Below, piece by piece: positions 48,026 to 60,220 of a stretch of 64,000 bases of DNA. The DNA is from Lama glama (taxonomy: Eukaryota), in contig CM052816.1 of NCBI GenBank assembly GCA_028534125.1, positions 99,698,001 through 99,762,000 on the forward strand, given 5' to 3'. Below the pieces are notes generated by a model. It was not told the DNA's origin and made no database searches. It saw only the letters and a program-made list of their open reading frames with translations. Every line of letters begins with the position of its first letter. The stretch's first letter is position 1. Both the position numbers and the translations under genes were made by a program.

Positions 48026-51000
48026 ACTTTGAGGCCACTGATCAGGCCACCCCTACGAGGGTGCTTCTGCCTCACCTGATCTGGGCATCCTGGGCTCCAC
48101 AACTGGGGCATCTGCGTCTTCCGAGGCATCAGCAGATCAGAGACCACAGGGCTGTTTAACCTGAAGACCGACCTGTGCAGTGAGAGGACCTCCGGGCACC
48201 AGCGGGGAGCTGGGAGCTGGGAGCCCGAGGGCATGTTCATAGCCCGTGTTCAAACTGGCGTCTCCTGACTTGCACCCGCGTGCTGCCATTGATGGTCCGG
48301 GTGTTCTCAGGGACCACCCACAGGCTGCATCCGGCTGTCCCGTGTGCAGTCCGGACCCAGGCTCTGGCTCTGGCTGGAGCAGTTTCTACGCCGACCCCTG
48401 GACCTCCAGCTCCTGCTGACTCCCCATCCCTCCGCTAGGTGTTTCTCTGCCTGCCTGTGTCCCCTTCCTTCTCTCCCACATCCCCAGTGCCCCACTCTCT
48501 CAGCCCCCCAGTCCCTAGCCCAAGCTCCCTGCGGACTTCCCCCGTGCACTGGCACCACCTTTGAGGATGCTTCATTGTCTCCCACCCCCTACGACCCCCA
48601 TGACTCCTCTCACTCTGCCTGTGTCACTCCTGGGGGTCACACAGCCCAAGGAAGATGTGGCCATCTTGGGAGGGCGTCCGGGCAGGTAGCTGGTCGGTTG
48701 GCCTCTGCAAGGTAAAACAGGTAGGTTTTTTTAAGCGCAATCTTATAATGCAGAGTATGAACAAGCACAGAAAACAATGAAAGAGGTGCTTGACCCCTTC
48801 TTGCCACGAATCCAGGACTTAGGGTGTCAGCTCAACATCAAAAGCCAAAGCACACGGTGGACACCAGGACACAGAGGTCCTTCAGTTTGGACAACTTATG
48901 AGATGACACGTGAATCCGACAACGCACACACTGCTCACCACTGTTCCACCTGAGCGCGCCCTCAGAGCCGCACTGGGAGATCCGTCTCTTTCCTAGAAGG
49001 AAACCAGGGAGCCCTAAAACGTCTCCCTGGATTTGGTCCTGAAGGACTTTGGGTTCTTTCAAACCCTGACAAACACCTTCACAAGAGGAAGGTTTCTGAC
49101 CAGCACAGGGCCCTGGTTCTGAAGTCTCACCCTGTTTGGCACACCCTGTTTGGCACAGGCTTATCGGCTCCGGTTCACGACTAGAAGGCGGCCCTCCATG
49201 ACAGAATAATTGTCTTTTGATGATTCCATTATTTTACCTTAATTATATTTACAAAAATAAAAGCAGAAAAGGGATTTATTTGAAGTTGGTGGGTGGCTTG
49301 CAGAGTCCCTGGGCAGCCTGGGGATGGAGGGCAGGTCCTGGGAGGCACAGCAGCTCAGATTTTGTCACAAGGACACTCCTCCGAGTACTGCTGGTAATGC
49401 TCCCCTGCTCCTGGCTCTCCCGCCTCCTGCTGCCGTCCCGCCAGCCACCGGCTGCTGCTCAGGGCTGTAGCCTTGGACACTTGCGCTCGTTCCGTGGGAC
49501 TCCAGACCCTCAGCTCACCACCACTGCCATCAGTCAAGCTGTTTTGCTTTCATGGTATTTTTGGGGGTTGCCGTCTCTGTTTCTCCCAATGCCTGCATTT
49601 GGGTGGACACCCCCCCCTTAATCCTGCTGCCGGTGGAAACACAGTGTCTCCTCAGCTGGAGGGAGTCTGAGGGAGTCAGATGGGAGAGGAAAGCGCATGC
49701 TCAGACGCGGAGCAGGAGACAGACAGTGTGTCCTGGGGCCCCCGGCAGTGGTCCAGGAGTGTGGAATCTTGCTGCAGATTAAGTACACATGTCTTTACAG
49801 AAAACGGTGGTGAACTGCAGTGTCTTGCCAACTCTGGATCGCAAAATGTCTCATCTACCCTCACCATCCCATAATTAGCAACCTGGAGCCAGGCCCCGCT
49901 TCCAGCCACTGCGCGAGCCCCCACCGCCGGCACGTCTGGCCGCTGACGGTGGCGGCGGCTGGGGTCTCCGCCCGAGCCCCTCGAAGTGGTCTGTCCGTGA
50001 CGGCTCTGGCAGAGGAGCCGCAGCCCGGCCCTGGACTGCGCACCTTCATCTCCTATCCCGTGACTCTTGGAGAATAAGAGGAGAATCTTCTAAAGATATT
50101 AAAATAAGCTCCGAGGCTTAGAATGTTCCATCCACGTCCGCTGATAGTCAGGAAAAAAGTGAACAGCGGCAGACAGAAATGTAGAATTTTATGTAAAGGG
50201 AATAGTCAGATCAAAAGCAGTCTCTCTCTTTTTTTTTTTTTTAAGTATTATGACAGTATGTGTCCTTGGGTACCATTAAGAAAAAGAGGAGTATTTGTTC
50301 CCGGGGCCCCGAACGATCACTCAGTGTCACCTTGTAAGCTGCTCTTTTCCAGGGCTGAATGTGTGGGTGGATACACATAAAAATCTCTTTTTTTCCTCCT
50401 CTTTGGCTAGTTTCAATTGTCTTACCAGCATCCTCTGTTTAGAAATTTTAAGTCTCATAATTCAATGAGTGAAACGGAATGAGTTGTCTCTCTGTTCATG
50501 CTGTTATCAATAAACTCTGATCCAGAGCTAAAACTTAAAAGGATGGAGGGCTATCTGCTCCATCCCTGCTTTAATACTAAATGTGAATTGACCCACCGTT
50601 CCCTGCGAGACCCAGCTCAGAGCTCAATTTAGATTTGCACACATTCAAAGTTCTTAAAGACCCAGGTTCTATTCAAATGCGAGGTTTTCACTGCACACAC
50701 AGCCTTAATCAAAAGTAGAGCTGTATAGAATGGTTTAAATTTAATCCAAATCTCGGCGAATTTCATGAATCTGCCTACTCAAGCTTCACACGAGTGGGCT
50801 CGTAAATGCCATTTCTGCGCTTATGCGTGGAGCGCGGCCCCGGCAGATACGGCAGAAGGGGTTTCTCTTGCTTTCATGTGATTTTCATAGCATGAGCCGA
50901 ATCAGACTCATTTCATCGATTGATAAAGGGTAATAAAGTATGACTTTGCCTTGAACGGGCTTCACCTGTAACTAGCTTGGGCCACAGACGGTAAGATTAG

Positions 51001-51944
51001 GAATCTGATGATCGAAAAAAGACAATATATGCACAATAATGAAGTGTGTGTGTGCGTGTGCGAGCGCATGCATGCACCCACGCGGTGGGAGTGGAACAGA
51101 CCATCACGGAGGGATTCAAGAGGGAGAAAATAAAATCTTCATTCAGTTAAAACCTGGTGCTGTTGCTTGACCCCGGAGCAGAGCAGTTCATCTCACACAC
51201 GTAGGAAACACTGAGATGGAGCTAGGCTTCAGAATTTTAAAAATACAGCGGCGACATGTGGCCATTTTGAAATTTCAGTATTAAGTTAAACATACGCTGC
51301 TGTCTCTTCCAGGGGCGTCTTAAAAAGGGTCACACAGAAGGAAGGGCTCCTTGTCACAGGTTAATCCCTCTGTACAAAAATAACTTCTGCTGTTCTAAAC
51401 GCACCCAGAGGAGACTGGGTTTGAAGAGTAAACCAACCTGTGACGGAGGCACACGGGGCCAGGGGGGAGCTGGGGCGGCGAGGCGCGGCTCTGGACCCCA
51501 GCAGAATCTGGCGTCCCCTGGGCACACGCTGCGGGCGGTGGGACAGCGCGCCGCGGGGGGATCACCGCCGGCCGCTGTCCGAGCAGCAGCCCCGTGCGCT
51601 CAGCGCCCGCAGGCAGCCCTGGCCAGGGTCTCCTTTCAGCCCAGAGAGGAGGGTCCTTCAGTTCCAAGGACCCCCAGGCTGTTGTCTGTGTCCTCCATCA
51701 GCCTGCCATGAGGGCCCCCCACCACTGCACCGACAGACCAGGAGCTGAGCCTTGTCGTGACTGGAGAGCACCCTCCCCACCTGCACCGGCACCATTCTCA
51801 GGCCGGGGAGGGTACCCGCTGCCCCTCTGGCACCACCTCTCCCCTTCTCCCCTTAGCTTCACACAGCAACTGTCATTTTATCTTCTGCCAGAGGGGAGTG
51901 GTAAAAACCAGACCTAATTAGGAAAGAATTGTCTGCTAATTCAA

Positions 51945-52790
51945 TATTTTAAAATCAGATTTATTGAGTTATAACTGACACACATTAAAACCACCTCTTG
52001 AAGCCCATGATCACAGTCAATGAGTTTTGATAAAGGCCCACAGGACAGAGAACGACCCCCCCAACCCACTGTGTGCCTGGTGCCCAACACAGCGTCCCTG
52101 CCCCGCCCTCCACCCCAGGCAGCCCCTCAGCTGACTTCTCTCCCCGCAGGTGCTCCTCTTCCAGGAACGTCACCTAATTGGAGTCCTGCACTTGGTGCCC
52201 TTTCGCGTCTGGTTTCTTCACTTCGCTTCAGGCCTCTGAGATCCACCCGAGTCCAGCAGCGGGTGTCCACGTGGATCCCCCCGGCCCCGCTGCTTCCTCT
52301 AACAGCTGAGCTGCGTGGTGTGCGGGCGTGGACCTCACCCTGCCCACCCACTCACCGGCCTGGGGAACTTTGGGTCGCCTCACTTTTGGACTATTATGAA
52401 TAACGCTGCTATGAACACTTGTGTCCAGGCGTCTGTGTGGATGTCTGTTTCCACTTCTCTGCCATCAGTCTCTAGGAGTGGAAAGGCTGGGTCATGGGGT
52501 AAGTGTATGTTTAACTTTTAAAGTAACTCCCCAACTGTTTCCCAAACCAGGTAGGCCCGATGACACCCCTGCCGGCAGCGTCTGCGCCTCACAGTCCATC
52601 ACGTGTTTGCTAGCACAAGCGGTGCTGTTCATTTGTCTCCGGCTTTTTCAGACGTTCTACTAGGGGTGTAGTGATGTCTCATTACAGTTTATGTTCTAAT
52701 GACCAATGATGTGGAACAATTTTTCATGTGCTTATTGTCCATTCTTATACCCTTTTCAGTAAAGTGTCTGTTCAAATCTTCTACTGCATT
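51945..52790 (-). mobile_element. Old L1 3' end (L1MB/L1ME-like)
   Basis: 'tttattgagttataactgacacaca...tcaatgagttttgataaa', 'ctattatgaataacgctgctatgaaca', 'ttttcatgtgcttattgtccatt...gtgtctgttcaaatctt'. Confidence 0.8.
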
Positions 52791-53590
52791 TTAAAGTACT
52801 TTTAGGTTCATCGCACAAGTACATGGACGGTGTGGAGCTTCCACATGCTCACAGCCGCCCGCACTAGCAGAACCCGTCAGGTGGGACGTTCGGACCATCA
52901 GTGAACCGGCATCGGCACGTCACCCGAAGTCAGTGGTTTGCGCTGAGGTTCACTCCTGGTGGTGCTCATTCTCTGGTTTTGGACAAAAGTAAAAAGACGT
53001 GCATCATTACCCCACCACACAGAGAATTTTCACTGCCCTGAAAGTCCTCTCTGCCTCACCTCGACCCTTGATAACCATTCATCTTTCTACCGTCTCCTAC
53101 CATCTTCCAGAGGGTCATATATTCAGGCTCACACGGTATGGAGCCTTTTCAGATGGGCTTCTTCCAGTTAATAATATGCATGTAAGGTTCCTTCATGGCT
53201 TTTCATGGCTGGATAACACATTTCATTTAGCAATGAATGAGATTCCATTTCCTGGAGGCACCACAGTTTATTTATCCATTCACCTACCGAAGGACGTCTT
53301 AGTGGCTTTCAAGTTTGGGCAACGACAAATAAAGCTGCTATAAACATCATAGGCAGATTTTTGGGCAACCGTAAGTTCTCAACTTCTTTGGGTAAATACC
53401 AAGGGGAACGATTTCCGGGTCATATGGTCAGTTTGGGTAGAAATGCCAACTGTCTTTCAAAGTGGCTGCGCCGTCTTGCGTCCCCACCAGCTACGAATGA
53501 GAGTCTCTGTCGCTCCGCGTCCTCTCCAGCCTCTGGTGCTGTTGGTGTTTTGGATCTGGGCCATTCTGGCAGGCGTGTTAACGTGGGTTT
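52790..53590 (-). mobile_element. L1MC1/2-like 3' end
   Basis: 'ttttaggttcatcgcacaa', 'gaggttcactcctggtggtgctcattct', 'ttttcactgccctgaaagtcctct', 'gccttttcagatgggcttcttccagttaataatatgcatgtaaggttcc'. Confidence 0.85.
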
Positions 53591-54855
53591 TAATGGATCC
53601 CGTGCTCTCTCAATTTCTTGGCATGAGAATGAATTAGGGCAGAACTCACTGCCCTGCAGGCTCTGAACACCGGAGGCACCGAGAACAGCCACTCGGGGGA
53701 CATGACTGGGCCAGCCTTGCTGCCTCGACCCATTTCCTAGACGGAAATGGGGCTTCTTGTTAAAGGCAGCACGTCCTTCCCCCTGGCTCCCAACCTACTT
53801 CATTTTTACCCAGAAAGAGGGAAAAAATAGCCAGGAAAGCTCTACTCACAAATTCTGAAGTGGGAACTAGACTTACCGTGTTTTGTTCTTATGTACGGTT
53901 TTCTGTTTTATATCAGTTCAGCCCAAAGTAAGGTCAGCTTGTCTGGAAATTTCAGATCGAAAGCCATACTATGCATTTAAATTGATATATCAGCCTTGCA
54001 ATCTCCAAATTAAACTTTTACCAGAAATACTGATTAAATGGTGACCAACAAAGCATCTCTATCGAATCTCACATTGTCTTCATTGGGCAGATGGAGGCAA
54101 CATGAAAACTAAGACTGAATCTAAGATCCTGTTCCCTCCCCTGCTCCCATGGCTGTGTCCTTTCCTGCTGGAAGTGTCAAGGAGATGAAGGCTGTTCAGT
54201 TCTTACTGAAGGGGAGACAATTTGAGTGAAAGAGACACATGTGTCACCTGTTCCCCATCCAGACCTCCCTACTTGGAGGGGGACAAGGTGCAGAGTTTGG
54301 ACCACTCCCCATGTGCCTGCATCCGCCTCCATCCTCTGCTCTGTACTTGCTCCCTGTCTCCCTCCCTCTCATACCTGGCCCCCATCTGCTCGTGAGCTCT
54401 CCAGCCCTGGCCACCGTCCCACCTTCACGCTCACCTTGCCTGGCGGGGGTCCCCACACAGGTGTTTGGAAGCCCACTTCACCTCACTGTTTCTGGGCGTA
54501 GTCTACACCCCCTCATCTGCTCGTTCCCTCCTGTGTGACGTGCGGTGCGGCGTGTGGGGCTGAGCAGGGGCTGCGTGCCTCTGACGCCCGCAGGCGGAGT
54601 CCGAGCCCAGCTCAGACAGGACGCGAGGACGGTGCCGCCTGCCCCTGGAGCTCAGGGGGCCCCCGCACGACACGGGGGACCTGCCATGCGTAGGGTGAAC
54701 ACACCTCAGTGCCGGTCACCTTTCCTCCTAAAGTGACAAATTCGTGGTCTGAGCAACGCCTAGGGAAGGCCGAGGATGTTGGCAGTTAGGCTCTGAATTC
54801 CTGCGCAGCCTGAAACAAAACCACCTGAGATTTTCTAACCATGCACAGGCATACC

Positions 54856-55389
54856 TGTGTGTGTGTGTGTTGTGTGTGCATTGTGTGTATGTGTGTGTTG
54901 TGTGTGTGTATGTGTGTGTGGTGTGTGTGTGCATTGTGTGTATGTGTGTGGTGTGTGTGTGTGCTGTGTGTGGTGTGTGTGTGCTTGTGTGTGTGTTGTG
55001 TGTGCATTGTGTGTATGTGTGTGTGGTGTGTGTGCATTGTGTGTATGTGTGTGTGCTGTGTGTGGTGTGTGTGTATGTGTGTGTGTGCTTGTGTGTGTGT
55101 TGTGTGTGCATTGTGTGTATGTGTGTGCATTGTGTGTATGTGTGTATGTGTGTGTTGTGTGTGTGTGTTGTGTGTGTGTGTGCTGTGTGTGTGGTGTGTG
55201 TGTATGTGTGTGCATTGTGTGTATGTGTGTGGTGTGTGTGTGTGCTCTGTGTGGTGTGTGTGTATGTGTGTGTGTGCTTGTGTGTGTTGTGTGTGCATTG
55301 TGTGTATGTGTGTATGTGTGTGGTGTGTGTATGTGTGTGTGTGTATATGTGTGTATGTGTGTGTGTGTGTGTGCGCGCGCGCGCGCGCG
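54856..55389. repeat. Complex TG-rich minisatellite-like array ending in (GC)8
   Basis: ~520 bp of TG with patterned interruptions; GCATTGTGTGTAT occurs 8 times; GCGCGC run at 55373-55389. Confidence 0.95.
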
Positions 55390-56275
55390 GCGCGCGGCGG
55401 CGGGGCGCAGGCCCACGGCTCCCGCACGGGCCGGCCGCGCCGGGGCCACCCCGGCTGTCCCTCCTGCGCTGCCGCGCCGGTTCTGCGCCGTCCCCCCGCC
55501 AGCCCGGGGGCGGGGCGCTTTCATTCCCCGCCTTGAGCAACGGCGTTGTCTCTTTCCTGTCTTGAAAGAGCGGGAGCGGCAGCCTGGAGACCAGTGCTCG
55601 TGGGCTGAAGCGGGGCCTGGCGCCCCCGCATCCCGCTCTCAGGCGGGGCGCAGCCGTTTTACATCCATCTCCGTGCGCACCAAAACGGCGCCTGTGCAGC
55701 GAGCTGGGCCTGAGGTCCCGAGGCGCCTGGTTCCGCCCGAAGTTTACCCGAGGGAGACGTGCTCTCAGGGAACGGTTTTGCCCAAAAGCCCTGTGAGCCC
55801 CGAGGTCGAGGACGACGCCCTTCGGCCGCGATTCGCCTGCGAATGTCGCCTCTGACTCCGCCCAGATGACAGGCGGCCGAGGGACGCGGTCGGGGGCAAA
55901 CAGCCCGGCCGTGCTGGCCACCGGCCCCGAGCGTCCTCGCTCGGCTGTGATGTCCCCAGCGCCGCCTGCAGGGCCCGGAGGCACAGAGGTCCCGCTTCCA
56001 GATCAGCGTCCAAGGCGGTGATCCCCGTCATCGTGACCTCGACGTCAGGGCCCCGAAACGCCAGTCTAGGGACAGGGTGGGCCGAACTCCCGGGGATCCC
56101 CGCGGGAAGGAGGGAGTCGAGCACCAGGAGGGAAGAGGAGGGAAAAACAAAGGACCTGAGGCAGAGCAGTGCCTCCCAGCAGGAGGAGAGAACGGGGAGG
56201 GAGGCCCCGGGGGAGGGGGGCGGCCCGTTACTTGGTCATGGCCGCGGGGACGGCGCGGTTTCTCCCCGGGGCTGA
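55373..56275. promoter_or_regulatory. CpG island
   Basis: Dense CpG over ~900 bp; GC boxes GGGGGCGGGGC (~55506-55516) and GGCGGGGCG (~55642-55650). Confidence 0.85.
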
Positions 56276-56504
56276 ATTAGCAGTCACTGCCCTTAAAAGC
56301 TTTTTGCATCGGGTCATCGGTATTTACGCACAGCATTGAAGCTGTCCTTCAGCCAGACGACCAAGTAGCTCTCGGTTTCATCCTCCCTCTTCGGTCTGCA
56401 GGAGATCTGTAAGTCTGAGGCTTCTCCCATCACTTCATACTGCATTACGCTCTCTCCACATTTTCCCCTAAACTTCGGCAGGAGTGGTTTTTACATAAGT
56501 AGTC

Positions 56505-57320
56505 ATGTTTTTATCATGGTAAAATATACACAATGTACAATTTACCATTTTAGCCATTTTTACGAGCACAGGCTTGCAGCACTAAATTCATTCACACTGT
56601 TGTAAGACCGTCATCCCCCATGTCCAGAACTTTTTCATTTTCCCAAACTGAAACCCTGCCCCTATTAAACGGCACTCCCACCCTCTCCAGCCCCAGACAA
56701 CCACCACTCAGCCTTCCATCTCTACAGATTTGACACTCCAGGGATCCCACACGGGTGGAGTCACACATTTGTCCTTTGTGACCAGCACGACGCCCTCAAG
56801 GTTCATGCACATTGCAGCCTGTGTCAGAATTTATTTTCAAGGCTGAGTAATATTCTATTCTACAGGCACCCCATGGTGTGTGGCCGTCACCTGCTGAAGG
56901 ACTCGGGTTCCACCGACGGTGCATGTGGTGAACAAGTGACTGTTCGTGCTACTGATTTCAATTCTTTTGCATATATGTCCGGAAGTGGAGTTACTGGGCC
57001 ATATTTTTTTTTTTTTTGAGAAACTGCAACAACTTTTCCCACCGCAGCTGCAGAGTTTCACATCCCCACGAGCAGAGCACAGGGGCCCAGAGTCCCCACG
57101 CCCTCACTAGCTCCCACTTTCTCTGTTTTTAGCAGCGGCCGCCCTAGCAGGTGTGAAGCGCTGTGTCGCTGGGTTTTGATTTTCAATCTCCTAGTCATTA
57201 GTGACGTTGAAACCTTCTCATGTGCTCACTGGCCATTTGTAAATGTTTGGAGAAATGTTAAGTCAGGTCCTTTGCCCATTTTTTAAAATTGAGTTGGCCG
57301 TTGTTGTTGAGTTGTCAGTA
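56505..57320 (-). mobile_element. L1MB-like 3' end
   Basis: 'ggtaaaatatacacaatgtacaatttaccattttagccattttt', 'ccagaactttttcattttcccaaactgaaacc', 'ttggagaaatgttaagtcaggtcctttgcccatttttt'. Confidence 0.85.
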
Positions 57321-58296
57321 ATAATATCTTGCCCGCAGGTTTCCAAGTTCCCAGCTCTCTTTCTACCATCTGTGCAGGAGATGCGTTGGGCACAGGACGG
57401 CAGCCTCATTTTGGGAGTAGAATCTCTTTGGGGCAGAAATTCCAGCCCTTCCCTCCGGCATCACCATGCCTCTCATTTCTGTGCTTTGGTGCAAAACCAG
57501 GGTCTGATAATAATTTCCTCATTCATGAGTCAATGTATATAAATGTTCCCAGCGCCGAGGCTGGTACGTGGTAAGTGCTCGATTAATTTCAGTTGAATCT
57601 GAATTTGAATTATCTTTTTTGGTTATTCTCTGAGTGAGCTGTATTTCTGAAAGGAGCGGAAAAAAAGAAATGCGATTATCTGACACAAGATACGTTAACC
57701 GTGCATTTTATTCTGTAATGCAATAATAAAGTGAAAGGCCAAGATAAGTGAATTTAATAAAATACTGTACAACACAGGGTATTTGTATATATTAATGGTG
57801 CACTTAATGCGTAAAATATTGCATACGCGGCGGGGAGAGGTAATTGCTCTCCCGTCCCGCGGGGCCCTGCGTGCCCCCTCAGGCCCGGCTCCGGCCGCGC
57901 TTGCTGCCCTGAGCGAGCGGCCGAGCCCCCGCCGGTTTGCACTTGGTTGTCTTCTTCCCCAGAAAATTGTGACAAGAAACTTCAACAAAAACAATACAAG
58001 GTTTCTCAAAGAGAATCACAGAATATCACGCTCTGGGAAAATAATGGTTAAAAAGAAGCTGGGGCGTTTGTATTTCGGGGACAGCGAAGACATTTCCCCC
58101 TGATGGACACCCTCTGAGAACCGCCACGGAGACGAACGTGCTGGGCTGAATCCAGGGACGCCTGCCCTGCCGGCTCTGGCCCCGCCAGGCTGCGTGGGCA
58201 AAGGGTGGCGGGGGAGGCTTGTATTTATATTTTAAAAAACTGGAAATATTCCCTTGTCCCTCACAAATGGTTAGCATCATGCACTTTATACATTTT

Positions 58297-59107
58297 TGTA
58301 ACAAAAAAAAAAAGAAACATTGTCTTTCCCAGGTTCCCCCTTTGCTCTTAGGCCGCAGTCACACTCAGAACACGTCTGACACCAGACACGTGGGTGTTTT
58401 CCCCACCCCAGGCCGTGCTGCTGCACCAGCCGGGCGTCCTGCGGCCCGGCTCAGCTCCGACCCCGGCCACCTGGAGGCGGGTCCGACCCCACAGGTTAGG
58501 GAAGGGCTCAGTCCCAGGAGACCACCCGCCATGCAGATGCCAGTGGCAGGAGTTAGGTCCCCCGGTAACCCCCAATTTCTGTCCAGTTCAGTGACAAATC
58601 AGAGGTGTCATAGCCCCTCCTTCAGTTAATTTGCAGGAGTGGCTCACACCACTCAGGGAAACACTTTTCCAGTTTATTAAAGGATGTGATGGACACACAT
58701 GGGCAGTCGGGTGGATTGATGTGCAGAGTGAGATCTGGCAGGGTCCTGAGCGCAGGAGCTTCTGTCCCCGTGGAGCTGAGGCGCGCCCCATCCCGGTACC
58801 TGGATGTGTTCGCTCACCTGGAAGCGCCGAGCCTGCGCTATCGGGATTCTACGGCGACCTCCTCGCTAGGTGGTCCATCAACAGCTCCATTTCCAGCCCC
58901 TCTCCCCTCTCTGCGGATGGGGTGTGGGGCTGGAAATCCCAAGCTTCTAATCGGGGTTTGGTCTTTCTGGTGACCCGCCCCCATCCAGGAGCCCACCCTC
59001 ATTAGAATGAAAGATGCTCCTATCACCCAGGAAATGACAAGGTTGGAGGAGCTTTGTGCCGGGAGCCGGGGCCGAAACCAAATCCATACGTGTTCCCTGA
59101 CCTCACA
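58297..59107 (-). mobile_element. ERVL LTR, MER21-like
   Basis: TG...CA bounded ~810 bp; 'tctgacaccagacacgtgggtgttttcccca', 'gcaggagcttctgtccccgtggagctg', 'ttggtctttctggtgacc', 'gatgctcctatcacccaggaaat' match the reverse complement of recalled MER21. Confidence 0.85.
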
Positions 59108-59346
59108 GTTATACACAAGGCGCAGAGAGGCTGAGTGGATGTGGGAAGGGATTGCCTTTGGAATGAAGCATGCAGCGTGCCCCAGGCCCCTGGCAGGCAG
59201 CCACCCCCCCTTGCAGTGCCTCACCCCACCTCTCCTGTCACCCGGCTCTGTGTCCTCACGAGCTGCTGAAGCCAGGGGACGCCCGGTCACACAGCTGAGG
59301 ACTGTCAGCGGGCTGCACGTGCCTGCTGTCTGAAGTCTGCCTCCCT

Positions 59347-59682
59347 TGTCGTTGTCCATTCAGGCCGCAGTAACAGACCAGGGGCTTATAAACAACGGAC
59401 ACTCATGTCTCCCCGTCTGGAGGCTGGAGGCCAACGCCATGGGACCAGCATGGCTGGGCTCTGGGCGGGCCCTCCTCCAGGTGGCAGATGGCCGCCTTCT
59501 CCCGTGTCCTCACCTGGTGGGAGGGGGCGGGTAGTTCCCTGGCTCCTTCGCACACTGTGAGTCCCATTCACAGGGCTCCGCCCTGATGGTCTCCCCAAGG
59601 CCCAGCTCCTGAGGCCGTCACACTGGGAGCTAGGATTTCAACCCGTGAGATTTGGGGGCATCCAGACATCCAGCCCACTGCG
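59347..59682 (-). mobile_element. MaLR LTR, MLT1A0-like
   Basis: 'gtccattcaggccgcagtaaca...gcttataaacaac...tctggaggctgg...ccttctcccgtgtcctcac...taggatttcaacccgtgagatttggggg'. Confidence 0.85.
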
Positions 59683-59854
59683 CCCCTGGAGCATGGCTCC
59701 CGTGTGGTCCCCATACTCCCTGAACCCCTCCAGGGAACGTGGCCTTGCACATTTTCCCATTTAGTCAATTCCTACTGACTGCTCTATGAGTCGCACTTCA
59801 GCAGCTGCTGAGAGCACGGTTGTGAGCAAGACGGAAATGAAATCTGCAATCTAT

Positions 59855-60220
59855 GCTGCACAGTCCCCAGTGTCCCCCTCCCCGAGTTCACGCTGCGCCC
59901 ACCCCCTGTGTTAAAAGTAGAGTGTCCTCCCGCTATGGTGGGCTGACCTTGTGATTTCCTTTACCCAAGCATGTGGCAGAGGTGACATCGTGGGGCCTAC
60001 AAAGACATCCAAGGATGACTAACGAGCTGTCCCAGGGCCATGTGAGGTGAGGCAGCTGAAGACGGCAGACCGTCTTGATGTACCAGGTCCCCCAAGCTCC
60101 CAGCTGGAGGGGCTTCAGAGTGACCCTGGAACAAAGAAGGACCCAGTGGAAAAATAGTAAGTTGTTGTTTCAAACTAGGTTTGGGGTGATTTGTTACATA
60201 GCAATGGGTACTTAAAATGA
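59855..60220 (+). mobile_element. Old MLT1 (G/H-like) LTR
   Basis: 'tgggctgaccttgtgatttccttt...atgtggcagaggtgac' and the 3' end 'gttgttgtttcaaactaggtttggggtgatttgttacatagcaat'. Confidence 0.6.

Noticed and set aside
54856..55372. CRISPR-like repeat-spacer array (recurring GCATTGTGTGTAT)
   Set aside because: The intervening sequences are TG repeats rather than unique spacers; mammalian context with no cas genes.
54728..55984. Long ORFs (213-418 aa) in all six frames, His/Thr- or Cys/Val-rich
   Set aside because: They are translations of the TG/CA array plus the CpG island, which lack stop codons by composition.
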